A DNA stretch of 64,000 bases from Clostridiales bacterium. GTDB lineage: Bacteria > Bacillota > Clostridia > Christensenellales > UBA1242. Made by a program: the position numbers and the translations under genes. Shown in pieces: positions 11,300 through 23,581 of this stretch (positions are counted from its first letter, which is position 1; every line of letters starts with the position of its first letter). The notes below the pieces were generated by a model. The model worked only from the letters and a program-made list of their open reading frames with translations, did not search any database and had not been told where the DNA came from. Where the stretch lies: the NCBI GenBank assembly GCA_050872745.1, contig JBNMHL010000001.1, forward strand, positions 36,842 to 100,841. Direction: 5' to 3'.

Positions 11300-11329
11300 T
11301 TGACATAGTTTGTTTGATTATGCTAAAAT
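11300..11329 (+). promoter_or_regulatory. Sigma-A type promoter of rpoBC
   Basis: TTGACA (11300-11305), 18-nt spacer ending in TGC, TAAAAT (11324-11329). It is followed by a ~270-nt leader before rpoB. Confidence 0.7.
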
Positions 11330-11601
11330 GCTCTAATATGTGGTATTTTCGGGATTTATTGCCCCAAAAATACTTTAAGTCACTAATTTGGTTTGAAATT
11401 CGCTTGAAAGCAAGCATCTTGGTTGGGTTGTGTTATAGAATAATTTATTTTTAAACTTTAGTTTAAGTTTCTCGTTTTAATTGGAACCCAACTTATCTAC
11501 TTTTGTTTAGTAGAATTTCATATGGCTTTGTGTTTTTCAAGTGATTTTAAAATACATACAACTTAATATTATCTTTAAATTTATGTGAAGGAGAGTATGC
11601 T

Positions 11602-14600
11602 TTGATGCTAAACGCGCAAGATATTAAAAAAGTGAAATATGGTAATAATGTTAGATACTCATTTTCTAAAGTAAAAGATGTGGAACCACCATATTTATTA
11701 GAAGTGCAAAAAAATTCTTACAAAAAATTTATTGAAGAAGGAATTGGGGAAGTTTTAAAAGAATTTTCACCTATCCAAGATTATAGTGGAAAAGCAGAAG
11801 TTTATTTCCTAGACTATTCTCTTGAGGAACAACCAAAACTTTCTAAAGCAGAAACAAAAAGAAAAGGTAGCCATTATACCGTTGCTTTAAAAGTTAAAGT
11901 TCGCCTTGTTATTAAAGAAACAGGAGAAATGATTGAATCAGAGGTTTTCCTAGGAGATGTGCCTTATATGACCGATCAAGCAACCTTTATTTTCAACGGA
12001 ATTGAAAGGGTTGTTGTTTCTCAAATTGTTAGAAGCCCTAGTGTTTATTATTCAAAACATATTGATAAAACAGGTAGGGAACTTTTTGCTTGCGCTTTAA
12101 ACCCAAAACGTGGTAGCTGGCTTGAAATTGAACAACGTGATAAAGATCCAAATCAATTAAAAGTTTATCTAGATAAAGGCGGAAAAATTTCTTTAGGTAT
12201 TTTCTTAAAATGTTTTGGATTAACTAGAGAACAAATTCTTGATGTTTTTGGCGATAACGAAATCATGAAAGCCACTCTTGATAAAGATGCTTATGAAACC
12301 CAACATGATGCTTTGGTTGAATTGAGTAAGAAAACTCGCCCAAGTGAAATTCCTAGTGCTGAAGCCACAAAACAATTTATCTTCTCTCAATTTTTCTCAA
12401 ATCAATTCTATAATTTAGGTGATGTTGGTAGATATAAAGTTGATAAGAAATTAGCATTGGCTAATCGTTTGGTTGGATTAACTGCGGCTGAAGATATTAA
12501 AGATAAAAAAGATGTTATTGTTAAAGCTGGCGAAGTTATTTCAAAAGAGAAAGCTTATCAAATCCAACATTTAGGAATTAATTCAGTTTGGGTTATGGCC
12601 GATGGCAAAAAGCACAAAATGTACGGTAATAACCGTGTTAAATTAAGTGAAGTTATTAAATGCAACGAAAAAGAACTAGGAATTAATCACCAAGTTTATT
12701 ATCCTGTTCTTGCAGATATATTAAAAGAATATAAAACCAAAGAAGAAAGATTAGAAGCAATTAAAGCAAATGCTGAAAATCTTGTTGGAACAACTATCAC
12801 TATTGATGATATTTTAGCAACGGTTTCATATTTTTTGGATTTAACAGTTGGAATCGGATATGTTGATAATATCGACCACCTTTGCAATCGTAGATTAAAA
12901 GGTGCTGGTGAGTCGTTGCAAGATGCTTTCAGAAGCGGAATGAACAAACTTTCAAACTCTGTTAAAGAAACATTGCAAAGCCATGACTTAACAGATATTA
13001 CTCCAGCCCAAGTTGTTAACGCTCGCCCAATCAATAGAGCATTTAAAGATTTCTTGGCTAGCCACCAATTATCACAACTTATGGATGAAATGAACCCACT
13101 TAGTTCTCTTGCTCAAAAGCGAAGATTAAGCGCGGTTGGCCCAGGTGGTATTAAAAAAGATAGGGCAACCGATGAAGTCCGTGATATTCACCATAGTCAC
13201 TATGGAAGAATTTGCGTTATTGAAACACCAGAAGGTGGAAACATCGGTCTTATAAACTCACTTGCTGCTTTTGCTAGAGTTAATGATTATGGATTTATTG
13301 AAACTCCATATAGAGTTGTTGATAAAGAAAAGGGTGTTGTAACAAACGAAATCGTTTATTTAATGGCAGATGAAGATGAGGGTTGCTATATTGCTCAAGC
13401 AATTGAACCAGTTGATGAAAATGGTAAATTTATAAATGATAGAATCGTTTGTAGATATATGGAAACTATTGTTGAAGTTGCTCCTGATCAAGTTGACTAT
13501 GTTGATGTGTCACCTCGCCAATTAGTATCAGTTCCAACATCTTTAATTCCTTTCCTTGGCAACGATGACACAGCCCGTGCGCTTATGGGTTCAAACATGC
13601 AACGTCAAGCTGTTCCTCTAATCACAACTGAAGCTCCAATTGTTGCAACAGGTATGGAGCGTCAAGTAGCTTTGGATAACGGAGCTGTAATCGTTTCTAA
13701 AGAATCAGGTGTTGTTTCATATGTTGATGCAAATAGAGTTGAAGTTAAAAATGATAATGGAACAACTAGCACATATGAGTTAACAAAATTTTCAAAAACA
13801 AACCAAGAAAGCTGTGTAAATGAAAAACCAATTGTTAAAACTGGTCAAAAAGTTAAGAAAGGTGACACTTTAGCTGATGGTTATTCAACTAATGGTGGTG
13901 AACTTGCTCTTGGTAAAAATATGCTTATAGCATTTATGAACTGGGAAGGTTATAACTATGAAGATGCTATTTTGCTTAGCGAAAGACTTGTTAAAGAAGA
14001 TGTTTACACATCTATCACATTAAAAGAAGAAGAGGTTAAATGCAGAACAACAAAACTAGGTGATGAAGAATTCACTCGTGATATTCCAAACCTTGGTGAA
14101 GATGTTCTTAAAAACCTTGATGAAAATGGTATCATTAGAATTGGTGCTGAAGTTAAGCCAGGTGATATCTTAGTTGGAAAAGTTACTCCAAAGGGTGAAA
14201 CAGAACCAACTCCAGAAGAAAGATTGCTTAGAGCAATTTTTGGTGAAAAAGCAAGAGATGTTAAAGATACTAGTCTTCGTGTTCCTCACGGAATTAGCGG
14301 TATTGTTGTTGATATTCAAGTGTTCTCAAGAAAAAATAAAGATGAGCTTGAAACAGGTGTTAACCAAATGGTTAAAGTAACTATTGCTCAAAAACGTAAG
14401 ATCAGTGTTGGTGATAAAATGGCAGGACGTCACGGAAACAAAGGTATCGTTTCAAGAATCCTTCCAGTTGAAGATATGCCATTTATGGCAAATGGTCAAC
14501 CAATTGATATCGTTTTGAACCCACTAGGTATTCCTTCTCGTATGAACGTTGGTCAGGTGCTTGAAGTTCATTTAGGATTAGTTGCTAAAGCTCTTGGAAT

Positions 14601-15291
14601 TAAGATAGCAACTCCTGCATTCGATGGTGTAACTGAAAACGATATCCAAACCCTTCTAAAGGAAAATAATTTCCCAGAAAATGGTAAAATTCAATTGTTT
14701 GATGGAAGAACTGGTGAACCATTTGAAAACCCAGTTACCGTTGGTTATATGTACTATATCAAACTAGAGCACATGGTTAACGATAAAATGCACGCAAGAT
14801 CAACTGGTCCTTATGCATATGTAACTCAACAACCTCTTGGCGGTAAGGCTATGTTTGGTGGCCAAAGATTCGGTGAAATGGAAGTTTGGGCACTTGAGGC
14901 CTATGGTGCAAGTAAATTATTGCAAGAAATGTTAACCATTAAGTCTGATGACACTGAAGGACGTCTTGCAAACTATAAAGCGATTGTTGAAGGAACTCAA
15001 CTTCCTGATCCATCAATTCCAGAATCATTTAAAGTGTTGATTAAGGAATTACAAGGCTTAGGGCTTGATATTAGGCTTCTAACTGATCAAGGCAAAGAAT
15101 TCACTTTAAGTGAGTTGAATCACGATACTGTTGAAACTTTTGCTGAAGCAACAAAAGGCAGGGAAGAAGTTAGTGAAGTTGAACTTGAATTCGATAACGA
15201 TAAAAACTTGGAACAAGATCTTGAAGTTGATGATGATTTTGATAATATTTTTGATGAATCAGCACTATTTGATGATCTTGATGAAGAATAG
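11602..15291 (+). CDS. rpoB: DNA-directed RNA polymerase subunit beta
   Basis: 1,229-aa ORF with unmistakable RpoB sequence ([31 protein letters not shown]). SD GAAGGAGAG lies at 11587-11595. The start is TTG 11602 or ATG 11605. Confidence 0.98.
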   Translation: MMLNAQDIKKVKYGNNVRYSFSKVKDVEPPYLLEVQKNSYKKFIEEGIGEVLKEFSPIQDYSGKAEVYFLDYSLEEQPKLSKAETKRKGSHYTVALKVKVRLVIKETGEMIESEVFLGDVPYMTDQATFIFNGIERVVVSQIVRSPSVYYSKHIDKTGRELFACALNPKRGSWLEIEQRDKDPNQLKVYLDKGGKISLGIFLKCFGLTREQILDVFGDNEIMKATLDKDAYETQHDALVELSKKTRPSEIPSAEATKQFIFSQFFSNQFYNLGDVGRYKVDKKLALANRLVGLTAAEDIKDKKDVIVKAGEVISKEKAYQIQHLGINSVWVMADGKKHKMYGNNRVKLSEVIKCNEKELGINHQVYYPVLADILKEYKTKEERLEAIKANAENLVGTTITIDDILATVSYFLDLTVGIGYVDNIDHLCNRRLKGAGESLQDAFRSGMNKLSNSVKETLQSHDLTDITPAQVVNARPINRAFKDFLASHQLSQLMDEMNPLSSLAQKRRLSAVGPGGIKKDRATDEVRDIHHSHYGRICVIETPEGGNIGLINSLAAFARVNDYGFIETPYRVVDKEKGVVTNEIVYLMADEDEGCYIAQAIEPVDENGKFINDRIVCRYMETIVEVAPDQVDYVDVSPRQLVSVPTSLIPFLGNDDTARALMGSNMQRQAVPLITTEAPIVATGMERQVALDNGAVIVSKESGVVSYVDANRVEVKNDNGTTSTYELTKFSKTNQESCVNEKPIVKTGQKVKKGDTLADGYSTNGGELALGKNMLIAFMNWEGYNYEDAILLSERLVKEDVYTSITLKEEEVKCRTTKLGDEEFTRDIPNLGEDVLKNLDENGIIRIGAEVKPGDILVGKVTPKGETEPTPEERLLRAIFGEKARDVKDTSLRVPHGISGIVVDIQVFSRKNKDELETGVNQMVKVTIAQKRKISVGDKMAGRHGNKGIVSRILPVEDMPFMANGQPIDIVLNPLGIPSRMNVGQVLEVHLGLVAKALGIKIATPAFDGVTENDIQTLLKENNFPENGKIQLFDGRTGEPFENPVTVGYMYYIKLEHMVNDKMHARSTGPYAYVTQQPLGGKAMFGGQRFGEMEVWALEAYGASKLLQEMLTIKSDDTEGRLANYKAIVEGTQLPDPSIPESFKVLIKELQGLGLDIRLLTDQGKEFTLSELNHDTVETFAEATKGREEVSEVELEFDNDKNLEQDLEVDDDFDNIFDESALFDDLDEE

Positions 15292-15302
15292 GAGAGAGAT
15301 TT

Positions 15303-18300
15303 ATGTTTGAATTAAACAATTTAGCAGCAATAAAAGTTGGAATTGCTTCTCCTGAAAAAATTAGGGAATGGAGCCATGGTGAAGTAACTAAGAGTGAAAC
15401 TATCAATTATAGAACTCACAAACCTGAAATGTCTGGGCTTCTTTGTGAAAGAATTTTTGGACCAAAGAAGAATTGGGAATGCCACTGTGGTAAATATAAG
15501 AGAATCCGCCATAAAGGCGTTATATGTGATAAATGTGGTGTTGAAGTAACTAAAAGTTCAGTACGCCGTGAAAGAATGGGGCATATTGAATTAGCAACTC
15601 CAGTTTGCCATATATGGTATATGCAAAGTATTCCTTCAAGAATTGGTTTGCTTTTAGGTTTAAATAGTAAGCAACTTGAAAAAGTTGTTTACTATGTAAG
15701 CTTTATCGTTATTGATCCAGGCAAAACTGGCTTCCAAAAAATGCAACTAATTTCTGATAGTGAATATAGAGAAGCTATTGAAAAATTTGGTTACAACTCA
15801 TTCAAAGCAGGAATGGGTGGTGAAGCAATAAAAGAATTATTGCAAGAGATTGATCTTGAAAAAGAATCAACCGATTTAAGAAATGCTATCAAAATCGCAA
15901 AAGGTCAAAAGAAAGTTAAATTAAGCAAAAAACTAGAAATAGTTGAAAGTTTAAGAAGAAGTGGTAATCGCCCAGAATGGATGGTTATGGATGTTGTTCC
16001 AGTTATTCCACCAGATTTAAGACCAATGATTCAACTTGATGGTGGTAGATTTGCAACAAGTGATATCAACGATTTATATAGAAGAATTATTAATAGAAAT
16101 AATAGATTAAAGAAATTTATAAGCATTGGTGCTCCAGAAGTTATTATCCGTAACGAAAAAAGAATGCTTCAAGAAGCTGTTGATGCTTTGATTGAAAACG
16201 GTAAGCGTGGTAAAGCTGTTCAAGGACCAAAACAAAGAGAATTGAAGAGTTTAACATCAAGCTTGAAAGGTAAGCAAGGAAGATTCCGTCAAAACTTACT
16301 AGGAAAAAGGGTAGACTACTCTGGTCGTTCTGTTATCGTTGTTGGACCAGAACTAAAAATGTATCAATGTGGTCTTCCTAAAGAAATGGCTTTGGAACTA
16401 TTCAAACCATTTATCATGAGAAAGTTAGTTGAAAGAAACCTTTCATTAAATTTCAAAACAGCAAAACGCGTTATCGAACGTCAAAAACCAGTAGTTTGGG
16501 ATTTACTTGAAGAAGTTATTAAGGATCACCCAGTACTATTGAACCGTGCTCCATCTCTTCATAGGCTTTCAATTCAAGCATTTGAACCAGTTTTGATTGA
16601 AGGTAGAGCAATAAGGCTTCACCCACTTGTTTGTGGTGGCTTCAACGCCGACTTTGATGGTGACCAAATGTCTGTTCACGTTCCACTAAGTCCAGAAGCG
16701 ATTGCTGAAGCAAGATTATTAATGCTTGCAAGTAATAACGTTTTGAAACCAGCTGATAGCTACCCAATCTGCACGCCAACCCAAGATATGGTATTAGGTT
16801 CATATTATCTAACCGTTATTAAAGAAGGTGCAAAGGGTGAAGGAAAAGTATTTAAAGATGAAGATGAAGCAATCTTAGCTTATCAAAGCGGTGTTGTTGA
16901 ACTTCAAACTGCCATTCAGGTTAGAAGAACAGGAATGTTTGATGGCAAGTTGATAACAAGAAGGATTGCAACATCAGTTGGTAAAATCATTTTTAACCAA
17001 AGAATGCCTCAAAATATGGGATTTGTTGATAGAACAAACTACGACACATTCCTTAACTATGAAATTGATTTCTTAGTAACTAAGAAAATGCTTGATAAAA
17101 TTATTAAACAATGTTTCAACACATTGGGAACAACAGCAACTGTTAAAATGCTTGATAATGTTAAAGAATTGGGTTATAAATATTCAACAATTGGTGCTGT
17201 GACTATTAATGTGTTTGATATGAAAATTCCAGAAGAGAAAACTCAGATCGTTGCAGATGTTGAAAAACAAGTTGCAGAGAATGAGAAATTCTTTAAACGC
17301 GGTTTTATAACTGAAAATGAAAAATTAGATAAAAACATCAAACTTTGGAACGAAGCTACTGATAAAATTAAAGGCATCGTTTTAAAGAAAATGGATATAT
17401 TAAATCCAGTTAGAATGATGGCGGACTCAGGAGCCCGTGGTACTGTTGGGCAGGTTCTTCAGCTTTGCGGTATGCGTGGTATCATGGCGAACACATCTGG
17501 TAAAAAGGTTGATATTCCAGTTAAATCAAACTTTAGAAAAGGCTTAACACCACTTGAATACTTTATTTCAAGCCGTGGTGGTAGAAAAGGTCTTGCCGAT
17601 AAGGTTCTTAAAACTGCTGACTCTGGTTACTTAACTCGTCGTCTTGAAGCAGTTGCTCAAGAAATTATTATATCTGAAGATGATTGCTTTAAAAACCTTG
17701 GTCAAAAACCAAAGGGTATGGTTGTTTCCGCTATCACAAAAGATAGCACACCAGTTGCATCTTTACAACAAAGAATTATTGGTCGTGTTAATGTTAATGA
17801 TATTATTAACCCAACAACAAAAGAAGTTATCGTTCCTGCCGACACTATGATTACAAAAGAAATGGCCGATGCTGTTGTTGCTGCTGGTGTTGATAGTGTT
17901 GAAATTAGAACAGTGCTTACTTGTAAGTGTAAACACGGCGTTTGTGCTAAATGTTATGGTAAAAATATGGCTAATAATGAGATGATTCCAATTGGTGAAG
18001 CAGTTGGTATCATAGCTGCTCAAAGTATCGGTGAGCCAGGTACTCAGTTAACAATGAAAACATTTCACACAGGTGGTGTTGCAACTGCTGCCGATATCAC
18101 GCAAGGTCTTCCAAGAGTTGCCGAGATTTTCGAAGCAAGAAAACCAAAAGGTGTTGCTGCTGTTAGTGAAGTTGCTGGTAAAGTTATTGTTAAAGAAATT
18201 CAAGCAGCCAATAAAGAAGGCGGAAAATACTATGAAATTATAGTAAAAAACCCAGAAGGAGATGGTCATTACATTATTCCTTATGGCGTTGTTCTAAAAG

Positions 18301-18914
18301 TTAAAAATGGAGATATGGTTGAAGCCGGAACAGTTCTAACTGAAGGTTCAATCTATCCTAATGATTTATTGCGTACTCGCGGTGTTAAAGAAGTTGAAAA
18401 TTACCTTCTTCGTGAAGTTTTGGCAACTTACTCATCTCAAGGTGTTGAATTAAATACAAAGCACGTTGAAATAATCATTAAGCAAATGTTAAGAAATGTT
18501 AGAATCGAAGATTCGGGTTCAACAAATCTTCTTGCTGGAGATATCGTTGATTACTACACATACGAAGATGAAAACGAAAGAGTACTTCAAGAAGGTGGAA
18601 TTCCAGCAACTGCAAAACGTTTGGTTCAAGGAATCACAAAAGCTTCCTTATCTAACCCAAGTTTCTTAGCGGCTGCATCATTCCAAGAAACCTCAAGAGT
18701 TTTAACTGATGCTTCTATCAAGGGTAAGGTTGACCACTTAGTATCATTAAAAGAAAACTTAATGATAGGTAAACAAATCCCAGCCGGAACAGGTTATAGC
18801 TTCATTAAGAAGGTTAAACCAGTTAGCGTTGATGATCAAATTGATGCTTATGGTGATCTTGATGAAAACACAGCTAAGTTATTTGAAGAAGAACAAGAAA
18901 ATTCAGAATTTTAG
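15303..18914 (+). CDS. rpoC: DNA-directed RNA polymerase subunit beta'
   Basis: 1,203-aa ORF with the zinc motif CHCGKYK...CDKCGVEV and the catalytic [19 protein letters not shown] is present, and the start is 11 nt after the rpoB stop. Confidence 0.98.
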   Translation: MFELNNLAAIKVGIASPEKIREWSHGEVTKSETINYRTHKPEMSGLLCERIFGPKKNWECHCGKYKRIRHKGVICDKCGVEVTKSSVRRERMGHIELATPVCHIWYMQSIPSRIGLLLGLNSKQLEKVVYYVSFIVIDPGKTGFQKMQLISDSEYREAIEKFGYNSFKAGMGGEAIKELLQEIDLEKESTDLRNAIKIAKGQKKVKLSKKLEIVESLRRSGNRPEWMVMDVVPVIPPDLRPMIQLDGGRFATSDINDLYRRIINRNNRLKKFISIGAPEVIIRNEKRMLQEAVDALIENGKRGKAVQGPKQRELKSLTSSLKGKQGRFRQNLLGKRVDYSGRSVIVVGPELKMYQCGLPKEMALELFKPFIMRKLVERNLSLNFKTAKRVIERQKPVVWDLLEEVIKDHPVLLNRAPSLHRLSIQAFEPVLIEGRAIRLHPLVCGGFNADFDGDQMSVHVPLSPEAIAEARLLMLASNNVLKPADSYPICTPTQDMVLGSYYLTVIKEGAKGEGKVFKDEDEAILAYQSGVVELQTAIQVRRTGMFDGKLITRRIATSVGKIIFNQRMPQNMGFVDRTNYDTFLNYEIDFLVTKKMLDKIIKQCFNTLGTTATVKMLDNVKELGYKYSTIGAVTINVFDMKIPEEKTQIVADVEKQVAENEKFFKRGFITENEKLDKNIKLWNEATDKIKGIVLKKMDILNPVRMMADSGARGTVGQVLQLCGMRGIMANTSGKKVDIPVKSNFRKGLTPLEYFISSRGGRKGLADKVLKTADSGYLTRRLEAVAQEIIISEDDCFKNLGQKPKGMVVSAITKDSTPVASLQQRIIGRVNVNDIINPTTKEVIVPADTMITKEMADAVVAAGVDSVEIRTVLTCKCKHGVCAKCYGKNMANNEMIPIGEAVGIIAAQSIGEPGTQLTMKTFHTGGVATAADITQGLPRVAEIFEARKPKGVAAVSEVAGKVIVKEIQAANKEGGKYYEIIVKNPEGDGHYIIPYGVVLKVKNGDMVEAGTVLTEGSIYPNDLLRTRGVKEVENYLLREVLATYSSQGVELNTKHVEIIIKQMLRNVRIEDSGSTNLLAGDIVDYYTYEDENERVLQEGGIPATAKRLVQGITKASLSNPSFLAAASFQETSRVLTDASIKGKVDHLVSLKENLMIGKQIPAGTGYSFIKKVKPVSVDDQIDAYGDLDENTAKLFEEEQENSEF

Positions 18915-18921
18915 CCGAATT

Positions 18922-18971
18922 ACTATATGTTGATATGCACACTTGAACACATATCAACATATAGTTTTTTT
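18922..18971 (+). terminator. Intrinsic terminator after rpoC
   Basis: Perfect 16-bp stem ACTATATGTTGATATG (18922-18937) / CATATCAACATATAGT (18950-18965), followed by a T-run. Confidence 0.9.
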
Positions 18972-19005
18972 ATGTAAATTTTCTGTAAAATTTTTTAAAA
19001 TAGTA

Positions 19006-19034
19006 TTTACAAGTGCCTCACAATGTGCTATAAT
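19006..19034 (+). promoter_or_regulatory. Sigma-A type promoter of the 186-aa gene
   Basis: TTTACA (19006-19011), 17-nt spacer ending in TGC, TATAAT (19029-19034). Confidence 0.65.
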
Positions 19035-19065
19035 TCAATTGTTAAAACAACAAGGAGTTGAGTTT

Positions 19066-19626
19066 ATGTCAATAGAAGGATTGCGTTCAAGAGATGAAAA
19101 TGGAACTATTAAAGAAAGGCGAAATATCCAAGCAAAATTTATGAGCTTACTTGCTGCTAATGGTTATTCATGCGAAGAGAGAGCACAAATTGGTTGTTTT
19201 ATAATGAGAAAAGATTTTGTTAGGCAAATGTTTATGTTTGATGTTTACGCTTGTTCTTCAATGTCAATTGCCAACACATATAATCAACTTGCAAATATGG
19301 GTATGGTTGCCACTTACTCACAATTATCAGATTTGCAAGCATTAAATCAAAAAGTATCAGTTGCTTTAGATAATAAAGTTAAATCAGCAAACTCAAATGC
19401 AGTTTCTAATGCTGAACTAAATAGGGGAGTTTCTTCATTAAGAAAAACATTGAGTGCTGTTAACGATAGAATTGTTGAAACTGCAGAAGGAACACCAGAG
19501 TATGATGTTTTAGTTAGTTCAACTGATATGCTTGGAAAAGTTGATTCTATTATCAGTCAATCAATCAAAGCAAACGCTGTGGAAGAAAAGGTAACAGTTT
19601 CTTCTGAAGAGTCAATTTTGGCATAG
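19066..19626 (+). CDS. Hypothetical protein (186 aa)
   Basis: ATG at 19066 is preceded by AAGGAG (19052-19057). The ORF-track start at 18943 lies upstream of the promoter and inside the rpoC terminator, so it was rejected. I recognise no family. Confidence 0.7.
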   Translation: MSIEGLRSRDENGTIKERRNIQAKFMSLLAANGYSCEERAQIGCFIMRKDFVRQMFMFDVYACSSMSIANTYNQLANMGMVATYSQLSDLQALNQKVSVALDNKVKSANSNAVSNAELNRGVSSLRKTLSAVNDRIVETAEGTPEYDVLVSSTDMLGKVDSIISQSIKANAVEEKVTVSSEESILA

Positions 19627-19653
19627 TTTTTAGAATTCGAAAAAAAAATATTT

Positions 19654-19692
19654 AATAAATTTGGTAATTTTTATTGCCAAATTTATTTTTTT
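19654..19692 (+). terminator. Intrinsic terminator
   Basis: AATAAATTTGGTAA (19654-19667) pairs with TTGCCAAATTTATT (19674-19687) with one G-U pair, running into a T-run. Confidence 0.75.
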
Positions 19693-19820
19693 AATAAAAT
19701 TTCAAATAATAATTTTACAATAAAAAATTTTTATGTTATCATTTTAATGTTGAAAACTTGATTTTTTAGTGGAAATCAATAAAAATTTATTATTTAATGC
19801 ATTTATATATCGGAGAAAGA

Positions 19821-20099
19821 ATGAAAAAATTTATTTATCCTGCTGTTGTTTTTTATGATGAAGAAGTGAATGTGTATGCTTTATCTATCGATGATTTGGG
19901 AATAGTTGTTGAAGGTGAAAGCGTGGAAGAGGCTCATAAAAGAGGTGAGCAATTTTTATCTGCATATATTGAATGTGCTTTGAATAATGATTATGAAATC
20001 CCTGAACCAACTGAATTTGATGTTGTTTCTAGAAACAATCCTAAAGAAATTTGTGTTTTGGTTGAAGCAACTTTTAACGACAAGTTAAAACCAGTTTAA
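19821..20099 (+). CDS. HicB-like / UPF0150-type small protein (92 aa), no HicA partner
   Basis: MKKFIYPAVVFYDEEVNVYALSIDDLGIVVEGESVEEAHKRGEQFLSAYIE...EIPEP matches the HicB N-terminal-domain pattern (Y-P-A...Y...D-L-G...G-x-S/T-x-E-E-A...P-E-P). SD GGAGAAAG lies before ATG 19821. Confidence 0.55.
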   Translation: MKKFIYPAVVFYDEEVNVYALSIDDLGIVVEGESVEEAHKRGEQFLSAYIECALNNDYEIPEPTEFDVVSRNNPKEICVLVEATFNDKLKPV

Positions 20100-20226
20100 T
20101 TATTAAATTTGCCTGATTTTTTCAAATGTTTTAAATATTAAAAACTTTGTAAATTTAGGCCTTTTTTTATTTTGTTATAATTTAGAAAATAAAAAGCAAA
20201 TATATTATAGAAATTTAAAAAAAATG

Positions 20227-20255
20227 TTGACAACACTATCAAATTTTGCTAAACT
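20227..20255 (+). promoter_or_regulatory. Sigma-A type promoter of the str operon
   Basis: TTGACA (20227-20232), 17-nt spacer ending in TGC, TAAACT (20250-20255). A ~250-nt leader follows. Confidence 0.7.
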
Positions 20256-20506
20256 ACTTAGCGTATTATATAATGCCTTAAAAAGTTTTTTTTCGTGCTT
20301 GAATAAGTTTCTAAGGCGGGTAAGTTGATAAATTTGGTGTGAAAATTTTATGCTTATCTATCTCACAGTAATACAATTTTCTAAGTGCTATGTGAGAATA
20401 ATTTGTGATTTGAATATGGGTTGATGTTCAAGTTGCTTTAAAATGAATCTTTTTAGATTTACTAATGAAAACAACGTTTTCATAACAAATTTCAGGAGGA
20501 ATTATA

Positions 20507-20878
20507 ATGCCTACAATTAATCAATTAGTAAGATCTGGTAGAAAGAAAGTTGCTGTTAAGTCAACTGTTCCTATTCTTGATGAAAACCCTCAAAAAAGAG
20601 GTGTTTGCTTAAGTGTTACCACCACTTCTCCTAAAAAACCAAACTCTGCGTTAAGAAAAATTGCAAGAGTTAAACTATCTAATGGTCAAGAAGGTACCGT
20701 TTATATTCCAGGTGAAGGCCATAACCTTCAAGAGCATAGCGTTGTTCTTATCCGTGGCGGTAGAGTTCGTGACCTTCCAGGTGTTCGTTATCACATTATC
20801 CGTGGAACATTAGATGCAGCTGGTGTTGGTAAGAGAAAACAAAGCAGATCAAAATATGGCGCTAAACGCCCTAAGTAA
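20507..20878 (+). CDS. rpsL: 30S ribosomal protein uS12
   Basis: [14 protein letters not shown]...[10 protein letters not shown]...[21 protein letters not shown] is present. Confidence 0.98.
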   Translation: MPTINQLVRSGRKKVAVKSTVPILDENPQKRGVCLSVTTTSPKKPNSALRKIARVKLSNGQEGTVYIPGEGHNLQEHSVVLIRGGRVRDLPGVRYHIIRGTLDAAGVGKRKQSRSKYGAKRPK

Positions 20879-20920
20879 ACCATTAATTTGGTGAAAATTT
20901 TAAATCACAAAATCTAATAA

Positions 20921-20960
20921 AGGAGGAAGGTTAAAGCAATTAACTTTGTTTTAAACCTTC
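20921..20960 (+). promoter_or_regulatory. Orphan SD plus hairpin in the rpsL-rpsG spacer (possible S7 autoregulatory element)
   Basis: AGGAGG at 20921-20926 has no start codon at a usable distance. GAAGGTT (20926-20932) pairs with AACCTTC (20954-60), and AAA pairs with TTT. The rpsG ATG at 20991 has no SD of its own. Confidence 0.35.
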
Positions 20961-20990
20961 GGCTATATAAATAATAGTCGTATTAATATT

Positions 20991-21461
20991 ATGCCAAGAA
21001 GAGCAGGAGTACCTAAGAGAGATGTTTTGCCTGATCCAAAGTATAATAGTGTTGTTATAACAAAATTAATCAACCAAATTATGCTAGATGGTAAAAAGGC
21101 TATCGCTCAAAATATTGTTTATAAAGCATTTGATATTATCCAAGAAAAATTAGGTGTTGAACCAAATGAATATTTCTTTAAAGCTTTGGATAACTTAAAG
21201 CCACTTCTTGAAACTAAATCAAGAAGAGTTGGTGGTTCAAACTATCAAGTGCCTCTAGAAGTTAAACCAGCAAGGCAACAAACACTTGCAATCCGTTGGT
21301 TAGTAACTTACACAAGAAAAAGAAATGAAAGAAGTATGGAAGAAAAACTTGCAGCCGAAATTATGGACGCATATAACAATGCAGGTGCATCATACAAAAA
21401 GAAAGACGAAGTGCATAGAATGGCTGAAAGTAATAAAGCATTCGCACATTATCGTTGGTAA
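20991..21461 (+). CDS. rpsG: 30S ribosomal protein uS7
   Basis: [20 protein letters not shown]...AHYRW, canonical S7 termini. Confidence 0.98.
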   Translation: MPRRAGVPKRDVLPDPKYNSVVITKLINQIMLDGKKAIAQNIVYKAFDIIQEKLGVEPNEYFFKALDNLKPLLETKSRRVGGSNYQVPLEVKPARQQTLAIRWLVTYTRKRNERSMEEKLAAEIMDAYNNAGASYKKKDEVHRMAESNKAFAHYRW

Positions 21462-21481
21462 TAAATTAGGAGATCGATTTT

Positions 21482-23557
21482 ATGCCTAGAAAAGTTGCGT
21501 TAGAAAAATTAAGAAACGTTGGAATTATGGCTCACATTGATGCCGGAAAAACAACAACAACCGAAAGAATTTTGTTTTACACTGGTAAAACTCATAAAAT
21601 CGGTGAGGTTCACGAAGGCGCTGCCACAATGGACTGGATGGCTCAAGAGCAAGAACGTGGTATAACTATCACAAGTGCCGCAACAACTTGCTATTGGAAA
21701 GGTCATCAAATCAATATTATCGACACCCCAGGACACGTTGACTTCACAGCTGAAGTTGAAAGAAGCTTAAAAGTTCTAGATGGCTCAGTTGCTGTATTCA
21801 GTGCAAGGGAAGGTGTTCAACCACAAAGTGAAAAAGTTTGGCGTCAAGCTGATAAATACAAAGTTCCAAGAATGATATTCGTTAATAAAATGGATAGACC
21901 AGATAGCGATTTCTTCAGAGTTATGGATGGTATTAAAAATCGCCTTGGCTCAAACGCAGTTCCAATTCAAATTCCAATCGGCCAAGCTGAAACATTCAAA
22001 GGTGTTATTGACCTTATTGAACAAAAAGCTTATATTTATGAAAATGACCTTGGAACAGATATTCAAGTTACAGATATTCCAGAAGAATATAAAGAACAAG
22101 CTCAAAAATATCGTGACAATTTAATTGAACAAGTTGCAGAGCAAGATGATGCATTAATGGAAAAGTTCTTCGCTGGTGAAGAATTAACAATTGATGAAAT
22201 CAAACACGGAATCAGAAAGGGAACAATCGAAATGAAGATATTCCCAGCAACTTGTGGTAGTGCTCTTAGCAATAAGGGTGTTCAAAAACTACTAGATGCT
22301 ATCGTTGAATATATGCCAGCCCCAACTGACATTGAATCAATTAAGGGAACAAAACCAAAAACTGGTGAAATTATTGCTCGTCATAGTTCAGATACTGAAC
22401 CATTCGCAGGTTTAGCATTTAAGATTATGGCAGATCCATTCGTTGGAAGATTAACATTCTTCAGAATTTACTCTGGTAAAATCACTGCAGGTACTTATGT
22501 TTATAATAGTTGCAAGGATAAGAAGGAAAGAGTAGGTAGATTAATTAGAATGCACGCTAACAATAGAGAAGAAATTGAAGAAGCATATGCTGGTGAAATT
22601 GTTGCTATTGTTGGTTTGAAAGACACAACCACAGGAGAAACACTATGCGATCAAGATAACCCTATTATCTTAGAAAGTATGGATTTCCCAGAGCCAGTTA
22701 TTAAAGTTGCGATTGAACCAAAAACAAAGCAAAGCCAAGAAAAAATGATTCTTGCACTTGTTAAACTTGCAGAAGAAGATCCAACATTTAAAACATACAC
22801 AGACCAAGAAACAGGTCAAACAATTATCGCTGGTATGGGCGAACTTCACCTTGAAATTATTGTTGATAGATTATTGAGAGAATTTAAAGTTGAAGCAAAT
22901 GTTGGTGCACCTCAAGTTGCATATAGAGAAACAATCCGTAAGGAAGTTGAAGTTGAAGGTAAGTATATCAAACAATCTGGTGGTCGTGGTCAATATGGTG
23001 ACTGCTGGGTTAGATTCACTCCTCTTCAACCAGGCGAAGGTTACAAATTCGAAAACAAAATTGTTGGTGGTGTTATTCCTAAAGAATATATTCCAGCAAT
23101 TGATGCTGGTATCCAAGAAGCAAAGCAAAATGGTGTGCTTGCTGGATACGAAACAGTTGACTTCAAAGCAACTGTGTTTGATGGTTCATTCCACGATGTT
23201 GACTCATCTGAAATGGCGTTCAAGATTGCAGGTTCTTTAGCATTTAAAGAGGGTTGCAAAAAGGCAGATCCAGTTATACTTGAACCAATTATGAAGGTTG
23301 AAGTTGAAATGCCTGATGAATATCTTGGTGATGTTATGGGTAATATCAATAGAAGACGTGGTATCCTAAACGGAACTGAGATCAAAAATGGGTTACAAGT
23401 TATCAATGCTATAATCCCACTAGGAGAAATGTTCGGTTACGCAACAGATCTTCGCGGATTAACTCAAGGCAGAGGTACTTTTAATATGGAATTTTCACAT
23501 TATGCGGAAGTTCCGAAAAATATTGCCGATAAAGTTATTGGCGATAGAAAAAATTAA
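21482..23557 (+). CDS. fusA: Elongation factor G
   Basis: 691 aa; [28 protein letters not shown]. Confidence 0.98.
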   Translation: MPRKVALEKLRNVGIMAHIDAGKTTTTERILFYTGKTHKIGEVHEGAATMDWMAQEQERGITITSAATTCYWKGHQINIIDTPGHVDFTAEVERSLKVLDGSVAVFSAREGVQPQSEKVWRQADKYKVPRMIFVNKMDRPDSDFFRVMDGIKNRLGSNAVPIQIPIGQAETFKGVIDLIEQKAYIYENDLGTDIQVTDIPEEYKEQAQKYRDNLIEQVAEQDDALMEKFFAGEELTIDEIKHGIRKGTIEMKIFPATCGSALSNKGVQKLLDAIVEYMPAPTDIESIKGTKPKTGEIIARHSSDTEPFAGLAFKIMADPFVGRLTFFRIYSGKITAGTYVYNSCKDKKERVGRLIRMHANNREEIEEAYAGEIVAIVGLKDTTTGETLCDQDNPIILESMDFPEPVIKVAIEPKTKQSQEKMILALVKLAEEDPTFKTYTDQETGQTIIAGMGELHLEIIVDRLLREFKVEANVGAPQVAYRETIRKEVEVEGKYIKQSGGRGQYGDCWVRFTPLQPGEGYKFENKIVGGVIPKEYIPAIDAGIQEAKQNGVLAGYETVDFKATVFDGSFHDVDSSEMAFKIAGSLAFKEGCKKADPVILEPIMKVEVEMPDEYLGDVMGNINRRRGILNGTEIKNGLQVINAIIPLGEMFGYATDLRGLTQGRGTFNMEFSHYAEVPKNIADKVIGDRKN

Positions 23558-23581
23558 AATATTTTTAAGGAGAATTTAAAA

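Noticed and set aside
15079-15291. The acidic C-terminal tail of RpoB ([41 protein letters not shown]) as a possible novelty.
   Set aside because: Bacillus RpoB also ends in a long acidic tail as I recall, so this is probably typical for the phylum.
12699-18269. Internal or antisense ORFs within rpoB and rpoC (12699-13034, 14174-14380, 15170-15512, 17644-18269).
   Set aside because: They are nested in strongly conserved coding sequence on the other frame or strand. They show no translation signals and their composition is low-complexity.
19627-20500. A search for a HicA toxin partner next to the HicB-like gene.
   Set aside because: Neither strand has an ORF of 50 aa or more with an SD in the flanks. 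The flanks hold only a terminator and the rpsL promoter and leader.
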